Part shown: positions 36,428-49,900 of the stretch, piece after piece
How the letters are laid out: every line of letters starts with the position of its first letter
Numbering within the stretch: position 1 is the first letter of the stretch
Source of the DNA: Spirogloea muscicola
Taxonomy: Eukaryota
Length of the DNA stretch: 64,000 bases
Assembly (NCBI GenBank): GCA_009602725.1
Contig: WELB01000032.1
Coordinates: forward strand, 166,762-230,761
Reading direction: 5' to 3'
The notes under the pieces: model-generated
The model's input: the letters and a program-made list of their open reading frames with translations, nothing else
The model's database searches: none
What the model was told of the DNA's origin: nothing
Made by a program: the position numbers and the translations under genes

Positions 36428-38659
36428 TTTTGAAGGCTTTCTCAATGTCAACGGCTTGTGGTGTGGCTACCCTAACCCATTCTTTATACTTCTGCGCATA
36501 CTTCTTCGTTGTCTCGCATATATCTGATTTGTGACTATGCCTGATTCTGTTGCTGGTAGTACCTTCACCTTTAGCAGCCTGTACAAATATTGCAACTAAA
36601 TGATCATCATGCTGCTGCTACCGGATGATTGTCGTAGCTGAGCCACTCGGACTAGGTCAGCTTCCGAATTCTGTTGAGGTAGATACTTACACGTGGTAGG
36701 CTTTGACCGGCATGAGGTGCTCCTCATGGGCGGGGCCCATGTGGTCGTCTTCTCCGCCTCCACCGGAGGCCAAGCTTACATTTGGGCATACTGCGATGAA
36801 AAGCATGTTGTCAACGTGAGCTTCGTAACGGGTGCAATGACATGCGCGTCTTGATGCCTTGGATAAGCCTGAGGAAATTTGTGGAAGCGATGCACAATGC
36901 AGCGCTGAGCTTCGGCTGCAGCGGTTTGGCTGTCCCTCCGCTGGTTATTCGGGAAATCAACCAGTCCAATGCTATGGAGGCCTGATGTGCACGGCTGTAA
37001 AAACACTCAGAGTATTCGGTGTAGATACGTCACCTCCGCGCTTGTTCTGCTTGGCCAGCTTCGTAACATAGCCCGGCCTGAGGGCCTTCCACGCAGAAGC
37101 AGTACAAAAGTCAGCCGCTTATTAGGAGCGCTTGACAACTTTCCTGGAGGACGCCAACCAAATCGATATGCCTTCTACGGCCTTGCTGCGAGTTCACAAG
37201 CATCAACCATTTTGCTCCCACGTATACTGATACTCTGGCAGCATGATGTGAGCATAGCGCCGCATAAGCAGTCGTGAGAGCCAAATGCGCTGAAATGATG
37301 CAATGAGCTACAATCCGCCCCCGGGAGAAGCAGGTGGACTCTATGATTGTTGTCCATTGGCCGTATGAAAGGGAATACCAACTCAGTATGCGCATTTGGA
37401 CTACCTTTCCGGACTGCCAAATCTGTAGCAAGGGACTACGAGTATCTATCGTGGCAGATGTACTTTAAGAGGCACCGCCGATTGCAGAGACAATAACACA
37501 GTGAACGGATAGCCTTAACCAGTAACAGTGGCAACACAAGTTCAACGGACAAGCGTGACAAATGCGAGCAGATCGCCTAGCCGAGGCTGGCATCGAGGCA
37601 GTAATTGTGAACCAGGCAATAAGGTGGGCTACAACTGTGAATTAGCAACATTGTGCAGTGGCAAGGTCCTGAGATCTAAGTGTGGTCCGAGGGACACTTA
37701 CCACCGTCCCACCTTCGTATCTCTCCTTATATAGCCAACGGGCTGCAGGTCTCCCACCATCCCGTCCTTCCAGACCCTTGAATAAATGGCATCGATGGTC
37801 GACGGACAAAGTGTGACAGATACGAGCAGCTCGTCGAGCGCAGGCGAAGCAAGGATTGATTGTGAATATTGCCAGTATGGTGTACGTCGCTTGGCGACAA
37901 GTGGCTAGTGTGCCACTGTGCTACGTGATGCTGAATCAAGCTTTCGTTCTCGTGGATGTGATGTTCCTCGCTCGTCTGTCACAAACGACGCTCCCTGAGT
38001 GGTAGCTTACAGTTCGCTGCTAGTCAGCTCGGACTAGCCCGGACCCATCCGTCTCGTGCGGCTTGAGCTCCGGTGTTGTAAGGCCAACACAAGCTGGCCT
38101 ACTCGTGGCTCTATGCCTCTGTGTACTTCCTCGTGAGATCGGCATTGAGGGATGCCTCGGCGTGGGTGATGCCTGCGTCAGATTTACCTCGCCATATCTC
38201 TGGTGTTTGCGGCGCGTGCGGCCTCTTGTGGTGGGCACACTCCAAGCATGCCGGAAATCCTAGATGGTGCTTAACACCGCAGAGGGACGAGGACACAGGC
38301 TAGCCGCCATCCTCATGGAATCAAAGGCCTGTGTGGCTCTGGTCAGTAGCACCTCGGTGTAAGCTACTTTCAGTGCGATTGCATGGCTCCCCGCAGCCGT
38401 TGATGATGATTACAAGCGACGGGCTGGGTGAGTGCTCGAGCCAGGGTTGGCATTGTTGCCCCTTGCAGCAGCCACTGCCTGTACTCCCTTCGGCAGTGTT
38501 GGAAGAGTGTATTGGGAAACTCTCGACTGCTAGCTTCATATGGTCAAGGTCCACTCGTTCTATGTGGAGTTGCGCTGTAGCAATCTGTGGGGCTCATCAC
38601 GGACAGCGGTAGACGAGGTCTGGGTCCTAAAAACTTTGGATGGAGCATCGCGAATGGAT

Positions 38660-41600
38660 GGCATGGATCCTCCAAACTGGCTGCCAGGTCAGCAGCTTAT
38701 CTGCCGGGCTGGCTGACCTAGCTCAAGGCCCCCACGCGGTGTCCGCTGGAGTCACGCGTCCTGACCGAGTGGCTTGTACGGTAGCCCATATTGCCGGGTG
38801 GTGAAGATTAGACCATCTCCCACCTGATTGTCGACGTGCACTGGAGGCATAAGCTGCCGGCATGTGATGCCTGCAGCTATTGCAAATTTTGAGAAGGCTG
38901 GTGAGCGCGCGCTCGTATCCGCTTTTGATTGTCAAAGGGTTGGCATGTACTGGATTGCTTTCTACAGCATCAATGCACCGAAGGCTGGGAAGGCTGTGTT
39001 TGATGACGTACCTTCACACGTAATCAGCTTTGGCTGTGTATCTGATTGTGAAGATGCGCCAAGATTCTCCCGTGCCTGCTGTGACTGTTAATCTCACACG
39101 GTGTGGCTCTGGCATATTAATGCAGACTCTTCTTCTTTGCGATGCTCTTCCGGACAGGTTGCCTCCTCTAAGGCGTGGCTCTTTGTTGCCTCATGACGGC
39201 GTGGCTCATTGGAGCCACGCGCTCAGGCACCGCACTGTCCTATGTAGCGACGAGTTCTAAGCGATCTGAATTGTCGAGAGATGCAATCTCCCAAGAGGCG
39301 GACTTGCTAAGAGAAGGGTATCGGAGCATCTAGGTCGCCAGACGGTGCACGTATCCTTTACGTGTGAAGAAGTATGAAGTCTCTGGATGTGCATCGAGTA
39401 TGAGCTTCGAACAAGCTCACTATCAAGAACGTTTAGTCTTCACCCATTCTGGTTATCTGTGCGATTTTCGTGTAGGAGCTGATGTGCATAGCTCCCTCAC
39501 TTTGCAAGTTGGTAGTTGCCATTCATATCACGTTTGAGATAACCTGTGGTTTGGGTTGTAGGCCGCTCAGCTACTTATAATGCAACATGCTCGTCTGACT
39601 ATCACCGGTCTTGTCCCAGCTTAATAAGCTCACGCATGAAGCAGTAACGACTCGCGACAAGGCTATTGAGCAAGCGCGACAATCCTTCTCGATGTAACTC
39701 AGGAAAAAGCGCCTGGTCCGAGGTGAGGACCGTGACCTGCCGGGACCTCCTGTGGTGAAGGGTTTTAAGCCTCGCAACGAATCAGTGGTAAGCCTTGGCA
39801 GCAGCCTCGGTCGGCTGTTGTATCCAAAGGGAAGTCCAACTTCGTCCCCGAGGAAGATCGAGCATGCGGCAACAAGGGGCACCGCATTGGAGACTGCCAA
39901 CAGCCGCCAAAGCCTCCGAGGTCGTCTACGCCATCCTCCACATGCCGGAAAGCCAGTACAAGGGTAAAGGGCAAAGTGAGTGGCCTTCCTTATCTCCCTC
40001 ATGGGTTATTCAGCGGCATTTCTTGGAAATGCTGTTTGAACTTGTAGGACGAGTATGTCCAAAGTTTGTTGTGCCAGTAGTATGCTCTGTGCAGATGCTT
40101 ATGCGAGCGCTGGTGGACAAAGGCCCCCTTGTTGTAAGGCTTCCTTCTAATCAGTTGCAGGAAGCGGCTAGCATGTACCTGAGCTGGATCAATCTACACG
40201 GTACTAAAGAACCGGTCTTCTCTAATGTGCCGTACAGTCGCGGAGTAAAACCTCTACCTCCAAAGGGGCTGGCTTTGTTGTGTCGCCGGAAGGCGGGCCA
40301 CCTCCACGTGAAGTATAAAGGGGGAGGCCTTTCTCCAAGACCTCCTAAGTGCTCGTATTTGTAGCACGCAGTTAGATACTTACGGTAGTAAGTGCTTCGG
40401 CACTCAGCGATGACGCGCCGATTATGTTGTTCTCAGGACTGGTGGCTTATCAGCCAGCCCAGATCCTCACAGATACGGGAGCTACAGTCTGTAAGTAAGA
40501 ATTCTGTGACTGAAAATGGTTCGATTGTAAGACCGACTGGTATCTCGTAAGCTATATCAGCAGATGGACAAAGTGCCAAGTTTTGGGCCTGTGTCAAGTC
40601 CCTCTACCTACGCATTCAAAAATATAGGACGGTTGTGTCTTGCCATGTCATCGAATTGGCACTGGGCTTTCAGGTGTTATTGGGCGATGACTGGTTGTGT
40701 GCTACGGGGCCCTCCTCGATTGTGACACGCGGACTTGCTCGGGCCGACGGGGTTCTCGTCGTTTTGTACTGCACAGAGACGCTCCCCTTGTACCATCGCC
40801 TGTGACAGACTCCTCTACTCAGCTGTCGGCTGTGCAGTTTAAGAGGGTCCTTTACGCAGAACCCACCTCGGCTGTGTATCTTTCAATGATTATGAAAGAT
40901 GAGTCCCCTCCTGACTTAGTAGTAGTGAGTAATGTGCCCTCACATGGTGCGGCTCTTGACGATTTGTTGGCGGAGTTTCGGATGTGTTCCCCGATGCTCT
41001 TCCAGACGGTTTGCCTCCTGACTGAGGCGTGGCTCATACAAAATGGAGCCCGGCGCTTCGCCACCGTTGCGTCCGATGTATCGATTGAGTCCTCTCGAAT
41101 CTCGGAAGATGCAGTCCCCAAGTGGAGAAACTGCTACGGAAAGGCCATATTGAGCCTTCCCAGTCGCTGTACGGTGCACTGATCCTCGGAGAAAAAGGAT
41201 GGTAGTCTTCGATTGTGCATCGATTAGAGCGCCCTGAACAAGCTCACTGTCATGAATCGGTATCCTTTGCCTCGAAGTGACGACCTGTTCGATCGTCTAG
41301 CGGGAGCTAATGCGTTCAGCTACATCGATTTGCAAAGCGATTACCACCAAATTTGTATTACCCCTGAGGACGTCCTGAAGTTGGCGTTCCGTAAGCCGCT
41401 CGGTCAATTCCAGTCCAAGGTGCTCAGTTTTGGTCTAAACAATGCACCTGCCACCTTTCAGGTGTGTAGACGAAATTCTTTGGCCCCCTACTGTATGACT
41501 TTGTCCTGGTCTATTTGGATGACATACTGGTGTTCAGTAAGACGCCTAAGGACCGCGTACGACACCTGCGGCAAGTGCTGCATTACTGCGTGCCAGCCAG

Positions 41601-43622
41601 TTGTATGCCAGGTGATCCAAATGTGAATTCAACCAGCCTGAGCTGAAAAACGTAGGGCATGCTGTGGGCAAAGACGGGGTACGCGTCTACCTTAAAAAGA
41701 CTGCAGTAGTAAAGGATCGGCCAGTGCCACGGAATGTGCCTTAATTGCGTTCCGTCTTGGAATTCGCAAATTACTTCCGCAAGTTTCTAAAAGAATACTG
41801 AAGTATGGCATCTCCTCTTACGGAGCTCACTCGTAAGGACGTCAGCTGGGTGTGGACGTCCGAATGGCAGAAGGCATTCGAGGATATAAAACGGGTCCTG
41901 GTGAATCCACCCGTTTTGACCTTGCCTCGAGAAGGCGTCCCATTTGAAGTAGTATGTGACGGCTCTTTGATCGGCATTGGTGCCGTCCTCTTGCAGGAGG
42001 GTCATCCCGTAGCAATTGCAATTCGCCTGCTTCGTCCTGCAGAGCCTAATTACACTACGGGGGAGCAAGAGCTCCTTGCTGTTGTGCACGCCCTACGTGT
42101 GTGGCGATGCTATCTCGAGGGTGTTGACTTCACGTGTTTTCTTTATGGTCGTAGCGGACCACTGTCCGTTGACCTACTTTCACACACAACAGCAATTGAG
42201 CAGGCGTCAAGCACGGTTGGCTGAGTACATGGCACAATTCCGTTTCCAGTGGGTGTACCGCCCTGGAAGAATGAATGTTGCAGACCCCGTAATCGGCAAC
42301 ATTGCAGGGGCTGTTGTGGCGGCTGTCTATTGCACGCTTCAAGGGTTCAGATTGCAGACGTGCGGCCCACTCGTGGAGCTGCTCGGCAGTCCACCGCCAA
42401 CCTCTCTGAGCTCCACCCTCACTGAGCTGTATGTGCAAATTCGTGATGGGTATGGCACAGACCCATGGTTTAGGAATGAACAATACATGCACACAAGTAA
42501 ATGACCAAGCCTTTTTGTGGCGAGGTGACGGCATTGCAGTCCCTGACTGCAATGCCTTGCGCAGCAGTATCTTGCAAGAACTGCATGAGCCTCCGTAAAG
42601 TGGTCATTGAGTATGGGCAAGACAAAGACTATTCAGCTTCTCTTTTGGTGGCCGGACTTGAGAATCAAGTGGGATCTATGTGAAGACTTGTGCCACCTGC
42701 CAGCGCAGTAAGTCACGCTCTCATAAGCCCGCCGGGTTGCTCCAACCCTTGGAGATTCCTCCGAATAAATAGTTTGGTATAAGTATGGGATTTATCACCC
42801 AGTTGCCGATGACGCGGAATGGCCATGACGCCATTGTCGTATTTGTGGATCGCCCGAGACAAATGGCGCATTTTGTGCCTACGACCACATAGGTGTCAGC
42901 CAAGCCATCGCTGATATATTCGTGGACTGAGTTTGGAAGCTGCACGGAGTCCCCGAGCAGATCGTGTCTGACCGAGACCCCCGCTTTACAGGGCACTTCT
43001 GGAAAGAAGTGTGCAGGCTGATTGGCACTCAGCAATCCATGTCCACGGATTCTTATCCCCAGACAGATGGTCAGACGGAAAGAATGAGTCGGATGTTGGA
43101 AGACATGATACGGCATTTTGTAAACCCCAGCAAAAGCGACTGGGATGAGTATCTTGCTCCAGCGGAGTACGGTGTGGACAATGCCTTTCATGAGTCCACC
43201 AATAACACACCCTTCTTTCTTCATTCCGGTCAGCATCCCCGGACACTCTTTACAGAAGGGGAGGCCGGAACGTGTGCCAGCCGCAGTAACTTTTACCAGC
43301 AACCTCCGGGAAGGCGGAGGGCCAGGCAGTGCTTGGGGATTGCCCAGTAACGGCAAAAGCAGGATGCTGATTGACGTCGTCAAGATATATCCGTCGACGT
43401 GGGTGCTCAAGTGCTACTAAGCACAAAGCATCTCTCCATACGTGCTGTAAGTACGCCTAAGTTGCTACCAAAGTGGCTCGGACCTTTTCCTATAATGCGC
43501 CTGGTTGGCAAAGGTGTATATGAGCTGGATATCCCGGTACTATGAAAAATACACAGGATAGTCCATATGTCCCAGCTCGACCCCATTCCATACGGATGGT
43601 CGTGTCTAATAGCCCGCACCTC
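38660..43622 (+). mobile_element. Decayed Ty3/gypsy element 1 (gag, PR, RT, RNase H, IN; truncated before the chromodomain)
   Basis: Gag IEQARQSF and knuckle CGNKGHRIGDC (~39865), PR ILTDTGA (~40470), RT YPLPRSDDLFD and YLDD (41512), RNase H CDGSLIGIGAVLLQ and NYTTGEQELLAVV, IN SDRDPRFTGHFW and PQTDGQTER, PKWLGPF; many stops and frameshifts. 5' boundary uncertain. Confidence 0.9.
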
Positions 43623-43749
43623 CCGTCTGTGCGCGTATTTGCGTTGGCGTTCTCTTGTATGAGGGTTGTCTCCAGAACACCCTATGACCGAACAACCCAA
43701 ACAGGTCATTCTGACCCTAACTGTGTGATTTGGACAGGGAAAGTTGCAG
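43623..43749 (+). mobile_element. LTR-A 3' fragment
   Basis: Matches the 3' end of the LTRs at 46770-46889 and 55790-55911 (GCGTTGGCGTTCTCTTGTATGAGGG...GACCCTAACTGTGTGATT). Confidence 0.7.
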
Positions 43750-43759
43750 AGGTTCTCTA

Positions 43760-45204
43760 CAGTCGTCCTTATTATGTTCGGCTGTAGGGTTTTAGGATCG
43801 AACCCACTACACAAGTGAAGCCACTAGCGCATAGCCGCAGCGGAAGACGGGCCCCTGTGGCGCCGCCGTCTGGCGGCGACTCCACCTCCTGTGAGCAAGT
43901 CAACAGCTGTTTCCCAACGAGCGCAGCCACGGAATCCCCGCAGCAAGCCCCGTAGCAGGCTGCGGCGGCGGCTGCGGCCGCGAGCAGCGGCAAGGCTGCT
44001 CCTACGCTGCACAGTTCCGAACTCATGTCGGGTCTCAGCCCAAGGCTCGTAGTGCTTCTGTGACGGCCCTGACCCTGAACAGCACAGTCGGGGGTCAGTA
44101 CGTCCTTTTTGGTTTCGATCGCTGGGGTTTAGAGACAAATCCCCAGCACAGTGAAAGCACCACGTGTGATACGCAGCGGAAGTCTCGCCCTGAGGCGCTG
44201 CCGACAGGCAGCGACTCACCTCTCAGGTACGGGCCAGCCACTGTCCCCAAAGGAGCAGTCACAGTCTTATTCCCAGAGAGCCGTCGAAGGTCCGCGATGA
44301 CGGGATACAGCGACGGGCGGCAGCAGCGGGCAGCAGCAGAGCTGCGTCGGCGGGCTGCGGTAGCAGGCGGCAGCAGGGCTGCGCCTCTCTCTCGCGGGCT
44401 TCACTGAGGTTGACCGAGTTGTCTTTGAGTCGGCTATCAGCCCTACTTGTAGTGCTTCATGTGCCACCCTCCCCAGGGGTCTCTGGGAGGTTCGTCTCAG
44501 GGCCCACCTTCGGGAAGGCGGGCCCGATAAGGGGAATCTAGTGCAAGGGCAGGCCACGCGGCTCCCTTCTAAAGGCGGCGGCCGTCCTGCGGCGCCGCCG
44601 AGCGGCGCCCGGCGACGCCACCTTGCGGCGGCGCCCTGCGGCGCCGCCAGTGAGTCACGGGTGTGGCGCGGCGTCACAGGCGCGCCACACGTGTCCCATA
44701 CACGTCATTGCGGGCACGACGGCAGAATCAGGAATATGCCGAGAGGCTCCGCTCTGGAAGACCAGGATTCGCCGCCTCGGCTGGAGGCGGCGCGCCCGCA
44801 CGTCACATCGTCAGCAGGCGCGTCACACCGCGCGACACCTCGCGCGACGCTCTCGCGCTGTCGCACGCGCGTCGCACGCGTCAGTCGCGAGCGCGTCAGT
44901 GGTTAGCGCTTAACTCGAAGTTAAGCGTCCCGTAACGGCGGGAACGTTACAGCTTCCCCCGTGCCCACCTCCCTCCTGGAGTGTGAGTGGGTCGCCCCAT
45001 GGCCTGCCCTGCGGCGGTCCAAAATTCGCCCTTGGACGGGTGGCTCCTGGAGATGGGTATTTGAGGACGGGCGGGGCCCGCACCTGGGCGGGTCACTTGC
45101 CCGGCAAAACAGCCCGCCACCTGGCGGGCCAGTTGTTCGTCAACCCAGCGGTCATGTAACGCTATCAGCACCGTGTGGCTTGACCAAACGGCTGGATGTT
45201 TACA
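43760..45204 (-). mobile_element. LTR-C copy split by a solo LTR-B
   Basis: Begins TGTAAACATCCAGCC at 45204 (minus), homologous to the LTR starting at 52471. Continues to the left of 44058 after the insertion. Confidence 0.8.
44059..44951 (-). mobile_element. Intact solo LTR-B (893 bp) with 5-bp TSD GCTTC
   Basis: TG...CA termini; GCTTC at 44054-44058 and 44952-44956; near-identical copy at 58589-59434. Confidence 0.9.
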
Positions 45205-45214
45205 CATCGCGTCT

Positions 45215-45740
45215 CAATGATGCTGAGTGGCTCTTCTTCCCGGCGGCAATCTTCGTCTCCTGGTCAGTAATTTGCTTGCGTAATCACCTGTGCCTAGTGT
45301 GTAGCCGGCCCATGCAGCACGCTTTTGCGACCGGCCGCAAGTGGGCGGCAATCTGACAGTTGGCCAGGCGCTGGTCTGTAGTCTCGCTTGGTGCTCTCCC
45401 TCGGTCTTTTTTTCCAGCTTTGCTGGGGGGCTATGATCTTGGCAGGCTACCATGCTTTGCTTTGCTTGCCTGGTGCACCGGCCTTGCTCAGCAACACTGT
45501 GGTAGTGTTGTTTCAGCAGATATGTTTTATAAGCTGACACTGACTTGATCCCCTTAGTGTGTTGGTGTAAAGCCATGGAGTCGGCTGACTCAAAGCGCCA
45601 CCTAGTCCCCTTTTGCCGGCTGTTCAACCTGCTGAGGTCGAGGCAGTGGTGTGATGAGCCGTCGGGGCTTCGATATCGCCAGCCCTGGATTGTCCGTCTC
45701 CAAGGAGGCGCAGCGCCTTGTACGCTTGATGGAGCAGTAT
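45215..45740 (+). mobile_element. Fragment of a gypsy 5' leader and gag start
   Basis: Ungapped similarity to 56115-56250; CACTGACTTGATCC followed by ATGGAGTCG (MES) at 45575, as at 56452. Confidence 0.65.
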
Positions 45741-45973
45741 GAGACTGCTAGTCCAAGGGGACCTGCTAGCAACCCCCGCGTGGGGGGTGGCTATGAGATG
45801 TGAAAATTGCTCGCCCATATTGTGGGGCGAGCAATCCCTGCATCTCCTGTAGGCTAAGTGCCTGGTGCTGCCAGAGCTGTGGTTGGGGTGTGCCCAACTG
45901 TCTCCACCTGCTGCACCCGTAGTCAGGACTGGGGTGTGTCCAGCCGTCTCTCTATTACTGTAGTCATCTGATA

Positions 45974-46889
45974 TGTAATATTCCCCCCGTTTAAACGTGC
46001 CAACGGTGCCGGTAACATTACATGATCGTATCGTATCTACCGGTTGGAAATCTCAAACGGCACGAGTAACTTCGCTGCACTACGTTTAGCTAAGTGCGGG
46101 CTGAGACCCTGGGCACGTGCGGCACGCGCGCCGCGACACGCACTGCACGCCACGCGCAGTACGTGCCACGCTATCGCCTACCCATTCGTCCGGCTCGCGT
46201 CACGCGCAGCACGCGCCACGCGACTCGCCTTTCCATTCGTCCGGCTCGCGCCAAGCGCAGCACGCGCTACGCGACTCGCCTTCCCATTCGTCCGGCTCGC
46301 GTCACGCGCAGCACGCGCCACGCGACTCGCCTTCCCATTCGTCAGGCTCGTGCGACAAGCAGCACGCGCCACGCGGCACGCGCTGCATGCCCCACGCGCG
46401 GCACGCGCCAGTCCCCTAGATTCGTATTCCTGTATTCACATTCGTCAGGCCCGCTCCTCCGGGGCAGGACCTTGCGGGAGATCCTCGTCACACCCTCTGG
46501 GGAGGGTTGGCAGGGGAACCGCTGTAAGTAGTGGGTCGAGGCCAGACTCCGGAGTCCAACCAACGCCAAGAGAGACACAGCTCCGCTGCTGCCTAGCCAG
46601 CCCCGTTGCTGCCTGCTGCTGCCGCTGCCGCCACAGCTCTGCTGCTGCCGCCTTGCCCAGCCCGTCACGGCAGCTCCTCGCTGCGGGCCCGCCGGCTCTC
46701 TGCAAGTCTGTTGGTAGAATCACCGCCCTAGGGCGGTGCCTCAGGGTATGACCTCCGCTGCGCTCTGTGCGCGCGCGTATGTGCGTTGGCGTTCACCTGT
46801 ACGAGGGTTGTTTCCAAAACACCCTAACTTCAAATCCAAACCAGGACATTTTGACCCTCATTGTGTGATTAGGGACAAGGGATGCTACA
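45974..46889 (+). mobile_element. LTR-A copy (~916 bp) containing a 51-bp tandem repeat
   Basis: TGTAAT...GCTACA termini; the 3' half matches 55514-55911; no TSD visible. Confidence 0.7.
46150..46375 (+). repeat. 51-bp tandem repeat, ~4 copies
   Basis: (C/T)CCATTCGTC starts at 46181, 46232, 46283 and 46334 (period 51). Confidence 0.9.
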
Positions 46890-46939
46890 AAAAAACGCCA
46901 GAACAGGCGGAGATATAGAGCCTGTTGTATTCTCTCTAA

Positions 46940-49900
46940 TGGCCTGTGGCATGCGGACGACTACTGTCAGGGTACGTCCTCACGAATAAGATTCGTAAGA
47001 GGAAGTGCCGAATTCCATACCCCTGTAGGAGCTCACAGAAGTAATCTGCAAAGCCCAGAAAGGATTGCACCTTAGAAACATTCCGTGGCACAGCCATTCC
47101 GCACGACCGATGTCTTCCGGGGATCGACACGTACGCAATCTTTGCCCGGGACATATTCGATGTCAGCTCCGGCTGGTGAAAGATGCACGTGGACCTCTGG
47201 CATGCAATTGATTCCACGCAACGATTGCAGCACACGAGCGCAGGTGGCCCACGTGATCCTCCGGCGTCCTGCTTATTATGTCGTTAAAGTAAACAATGTA
47301 ATCATAGAGCAGGGGGCCAAAGACACTCGTCTTCACAGCCTGGAACGTAGCCGGTGCACTGGTCAGACCAAAGCTGAGCACCTTGAATTGGAACTGTCCA
47401 AGCGGCGTACGAAAGGCCGAGTCTCGAATCTCTGCAGGCGTGATACGAATCTGGTGATACCCACTTTAAGGTCGAGGGAGCTGATCACAGTAGCCCCTGC
47501 GAGCCGATCGAACAGGTCATTTTTTCGATGCAAGGGGATCGTTTCTTGATAATGAGCTTGTTCAGAGCTCGATAGTCAATGCACATCAGAAGACTACCAT
47601 GCTTCTTCTTGACAAAGATTATAGGTCCACCGTACAGCGACTGAGAACGCTCGACATGCCCTTTCCGCAGCAGATCCTCCACCTGTAATTGCATCTCTCG
47701 TAAATCGAGAAGGCTCAACCGGTACATGAGACGGTACGGCGGACTAGCGCCTGGCTCCATTGGAATGGTATGTATGAGCCACAACTCCATGAGGAGGTAA
47801 ACCGTCCGGAAGAGAGTCGGGAAACACATCTGCAAACTCCTCCAGCAATTTATGAAGAACTCCACCATGTGAATCCTCAGCAGTCACACACGAGTCAGCT
47901 CAAACTCGTCACCTAATTGCACCACCACATGAGATGTCGTCTGCACAGTTTTGCAAACTGGCCAGCAAAGTGGAAGCCCCTGCCGCCAGTGGCGGTTCAC
48001 AAAGAAGCTTATCGCAAAAGGTCAAAGCGCCGTGCGCCACATTGTACAGTGCAAGTCTGGCGTGTACGATCAGTAGCTGCTGATGTGGCACGTAGCCAAT
48101 AAGTAATCAGCCAGTATCAAATCAAATGCAGCAGCCAACGCAATGACGTAACAAGGGTTCTCGGTCTTGCGTTGCTAAATGCGGGAATTTCGCAGACCCA
48201 GCACATCGGCGGGTTTGCCATCGGCCAATATCACTCAAGACAAAGCATCTGCTGCACATGCAAGCCATTGGTACAAACCAAGTTCTACTGATGAAGGACA
48301 CTGAGGTCCCTGAATCCATGAGGATCTACGCTGGTGCATCAGCAACCAGCCACTCAAATAGCATCATGTGTGTGTACCCCACGTACACTGCTACCAAGAA
48401 CTGGGGTGTGAGCAACTACACCATGACGTCTGCTAAGTACGGTCTCTTCTGAGCGCCGTACTTAGCGAGAGCAACGCTATGCCTGAGGAGCTGCCTGAGC
48501 CCGTGTCCCGCATCGTACGAGCACAACAGCGACATCCCGAGCGGAGCTTGATGAATCATGCCTCGCCTGTGAGGCACAATGAAGAACACAATTTCTTTAG
48601 GCCGACGGCGCGCAGGCCAGCTCAGATACACGTGCAGCCACTTGCAAGTCATGGAGAAAGCCACACAATCAGAGGCCAGAGGCCTCCAGAGCTTGCAATG
48701 AACCATTTCGAGCGTGCCACCGGTGCTTCGGATGGCAGGCAAGCTTCGCCAGCAGGATCAAATAGCTTACTTACGTTTGGCTGATTGAGATTGCTCAAAA
48801 TAGGCAAGGGCAAATTAGAAATGCTTTACTTGTCTTTGCAAACCCTTGTCCCGACCCATAGGGCGCTGTGGACGAGGTCTGGAGAAGGGAAGGCCCTGCC
48901 GCCTAGCAGTCCTTGATCCGATGGGCCTTGTCGCCGCAGCGAAGCAGCCACCTGCCTCCACTATCGGCTTCCTGAAGCCGATAGTGGATTGGGGGCGAAC
49001 GTTCGGCCCCGCCTTGGGATTGAACCGCTTCTTGACCCGCTCTGCCTCTGCAGAGCGTCCCCTGCCTCCAGCAAGATCCACCGCGACCCATCCTCATTAG
49101 GTCGGGCAGCCCAGCCTTGAATCGCTGGCACTGTTCCACGGCCTTTATCGGCTCGTTGCGCAATTTCGACACCAGCAGCCTGTAATGCTGCACGTATGGA
49201 ACCAATTCTCCGCGCATCGGGTAGCATCCAGCTTATCACGAGCCCTCAGCCAGCTCCGCATGGATCTCGCCGTAAGCAGTGACGAGCAAGCTGGAGAAGT
49301 ACTTCCAGGTGTTGAGCACTATGGCGGCGAAATTCGTGTCAGGGAGTCCCACCACTCACGTGGTTCCCACTCGACATACGTTATTTTGAGCGGTACTCTG
49401 ACCTACGCGTCCGTGTTGCTCAACACGAAACGTTCCGTCATCTCGCCGAGCCAGGCCTGGAGCCCTCGCCGGTCATCCCATCCGGAGTATTGTTGAGGCG
49501 CGTGGGCCGTCGCACGCACGTCCATGCGACGGTTTGCCAGTGCTCTGGCGCATCAAATGTACCACGGCATCGACGCCTTGCACATGCCGCTCTCCGGCAC
49601 GCTGCCGGACAGGTTGGCCGTGCTGCTCCTCACCCATTCATCCCCCTAAGGCAGCAATTGGAAGCGGGATCAGCGCAAGCTTAGCTGCCTCCAGGTCCTT
49701 CTTCAGGAGTGCCATCCGTTGCACCCCCCAACCCACAGGCACCGCTTGGCCCGCGGCTTCGAGCTCCGCTGGCCCCTCGGGACTTGCCCCGCAGCAGCGA
49801 CTGCTGGCTGTGCTGTCGCTGCCTCAGCAGCCGGCCGCTCTTCCTCCCGCGGAGGGTTTGACGCGCACTGGAGGCGTGCGACTCCATGCCGTCTGGGGGA

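Noticed and set aside
36685..36710. LTR end plus PBS (TTACA-CG-TGGTAGG) for element 1
   Set aside because: No LTR-A/B/C similarity upstream and a poor match to the PBSs at 50388 and 55913.
44952..44980. PPT making 44059-44951 the 3' LTR of a full element
   Set aside because: The purine-rich stretch is internal LTR-C sequence (also at ~52700), and the GCTTC TSD shows a solo-LTR insertion.
46044..46751. 235-aa repeat-containing ORF
   Set aside because: Arises from a 51-bp GC-rich repeat within an LTR and is open in several frames; no protein signature.
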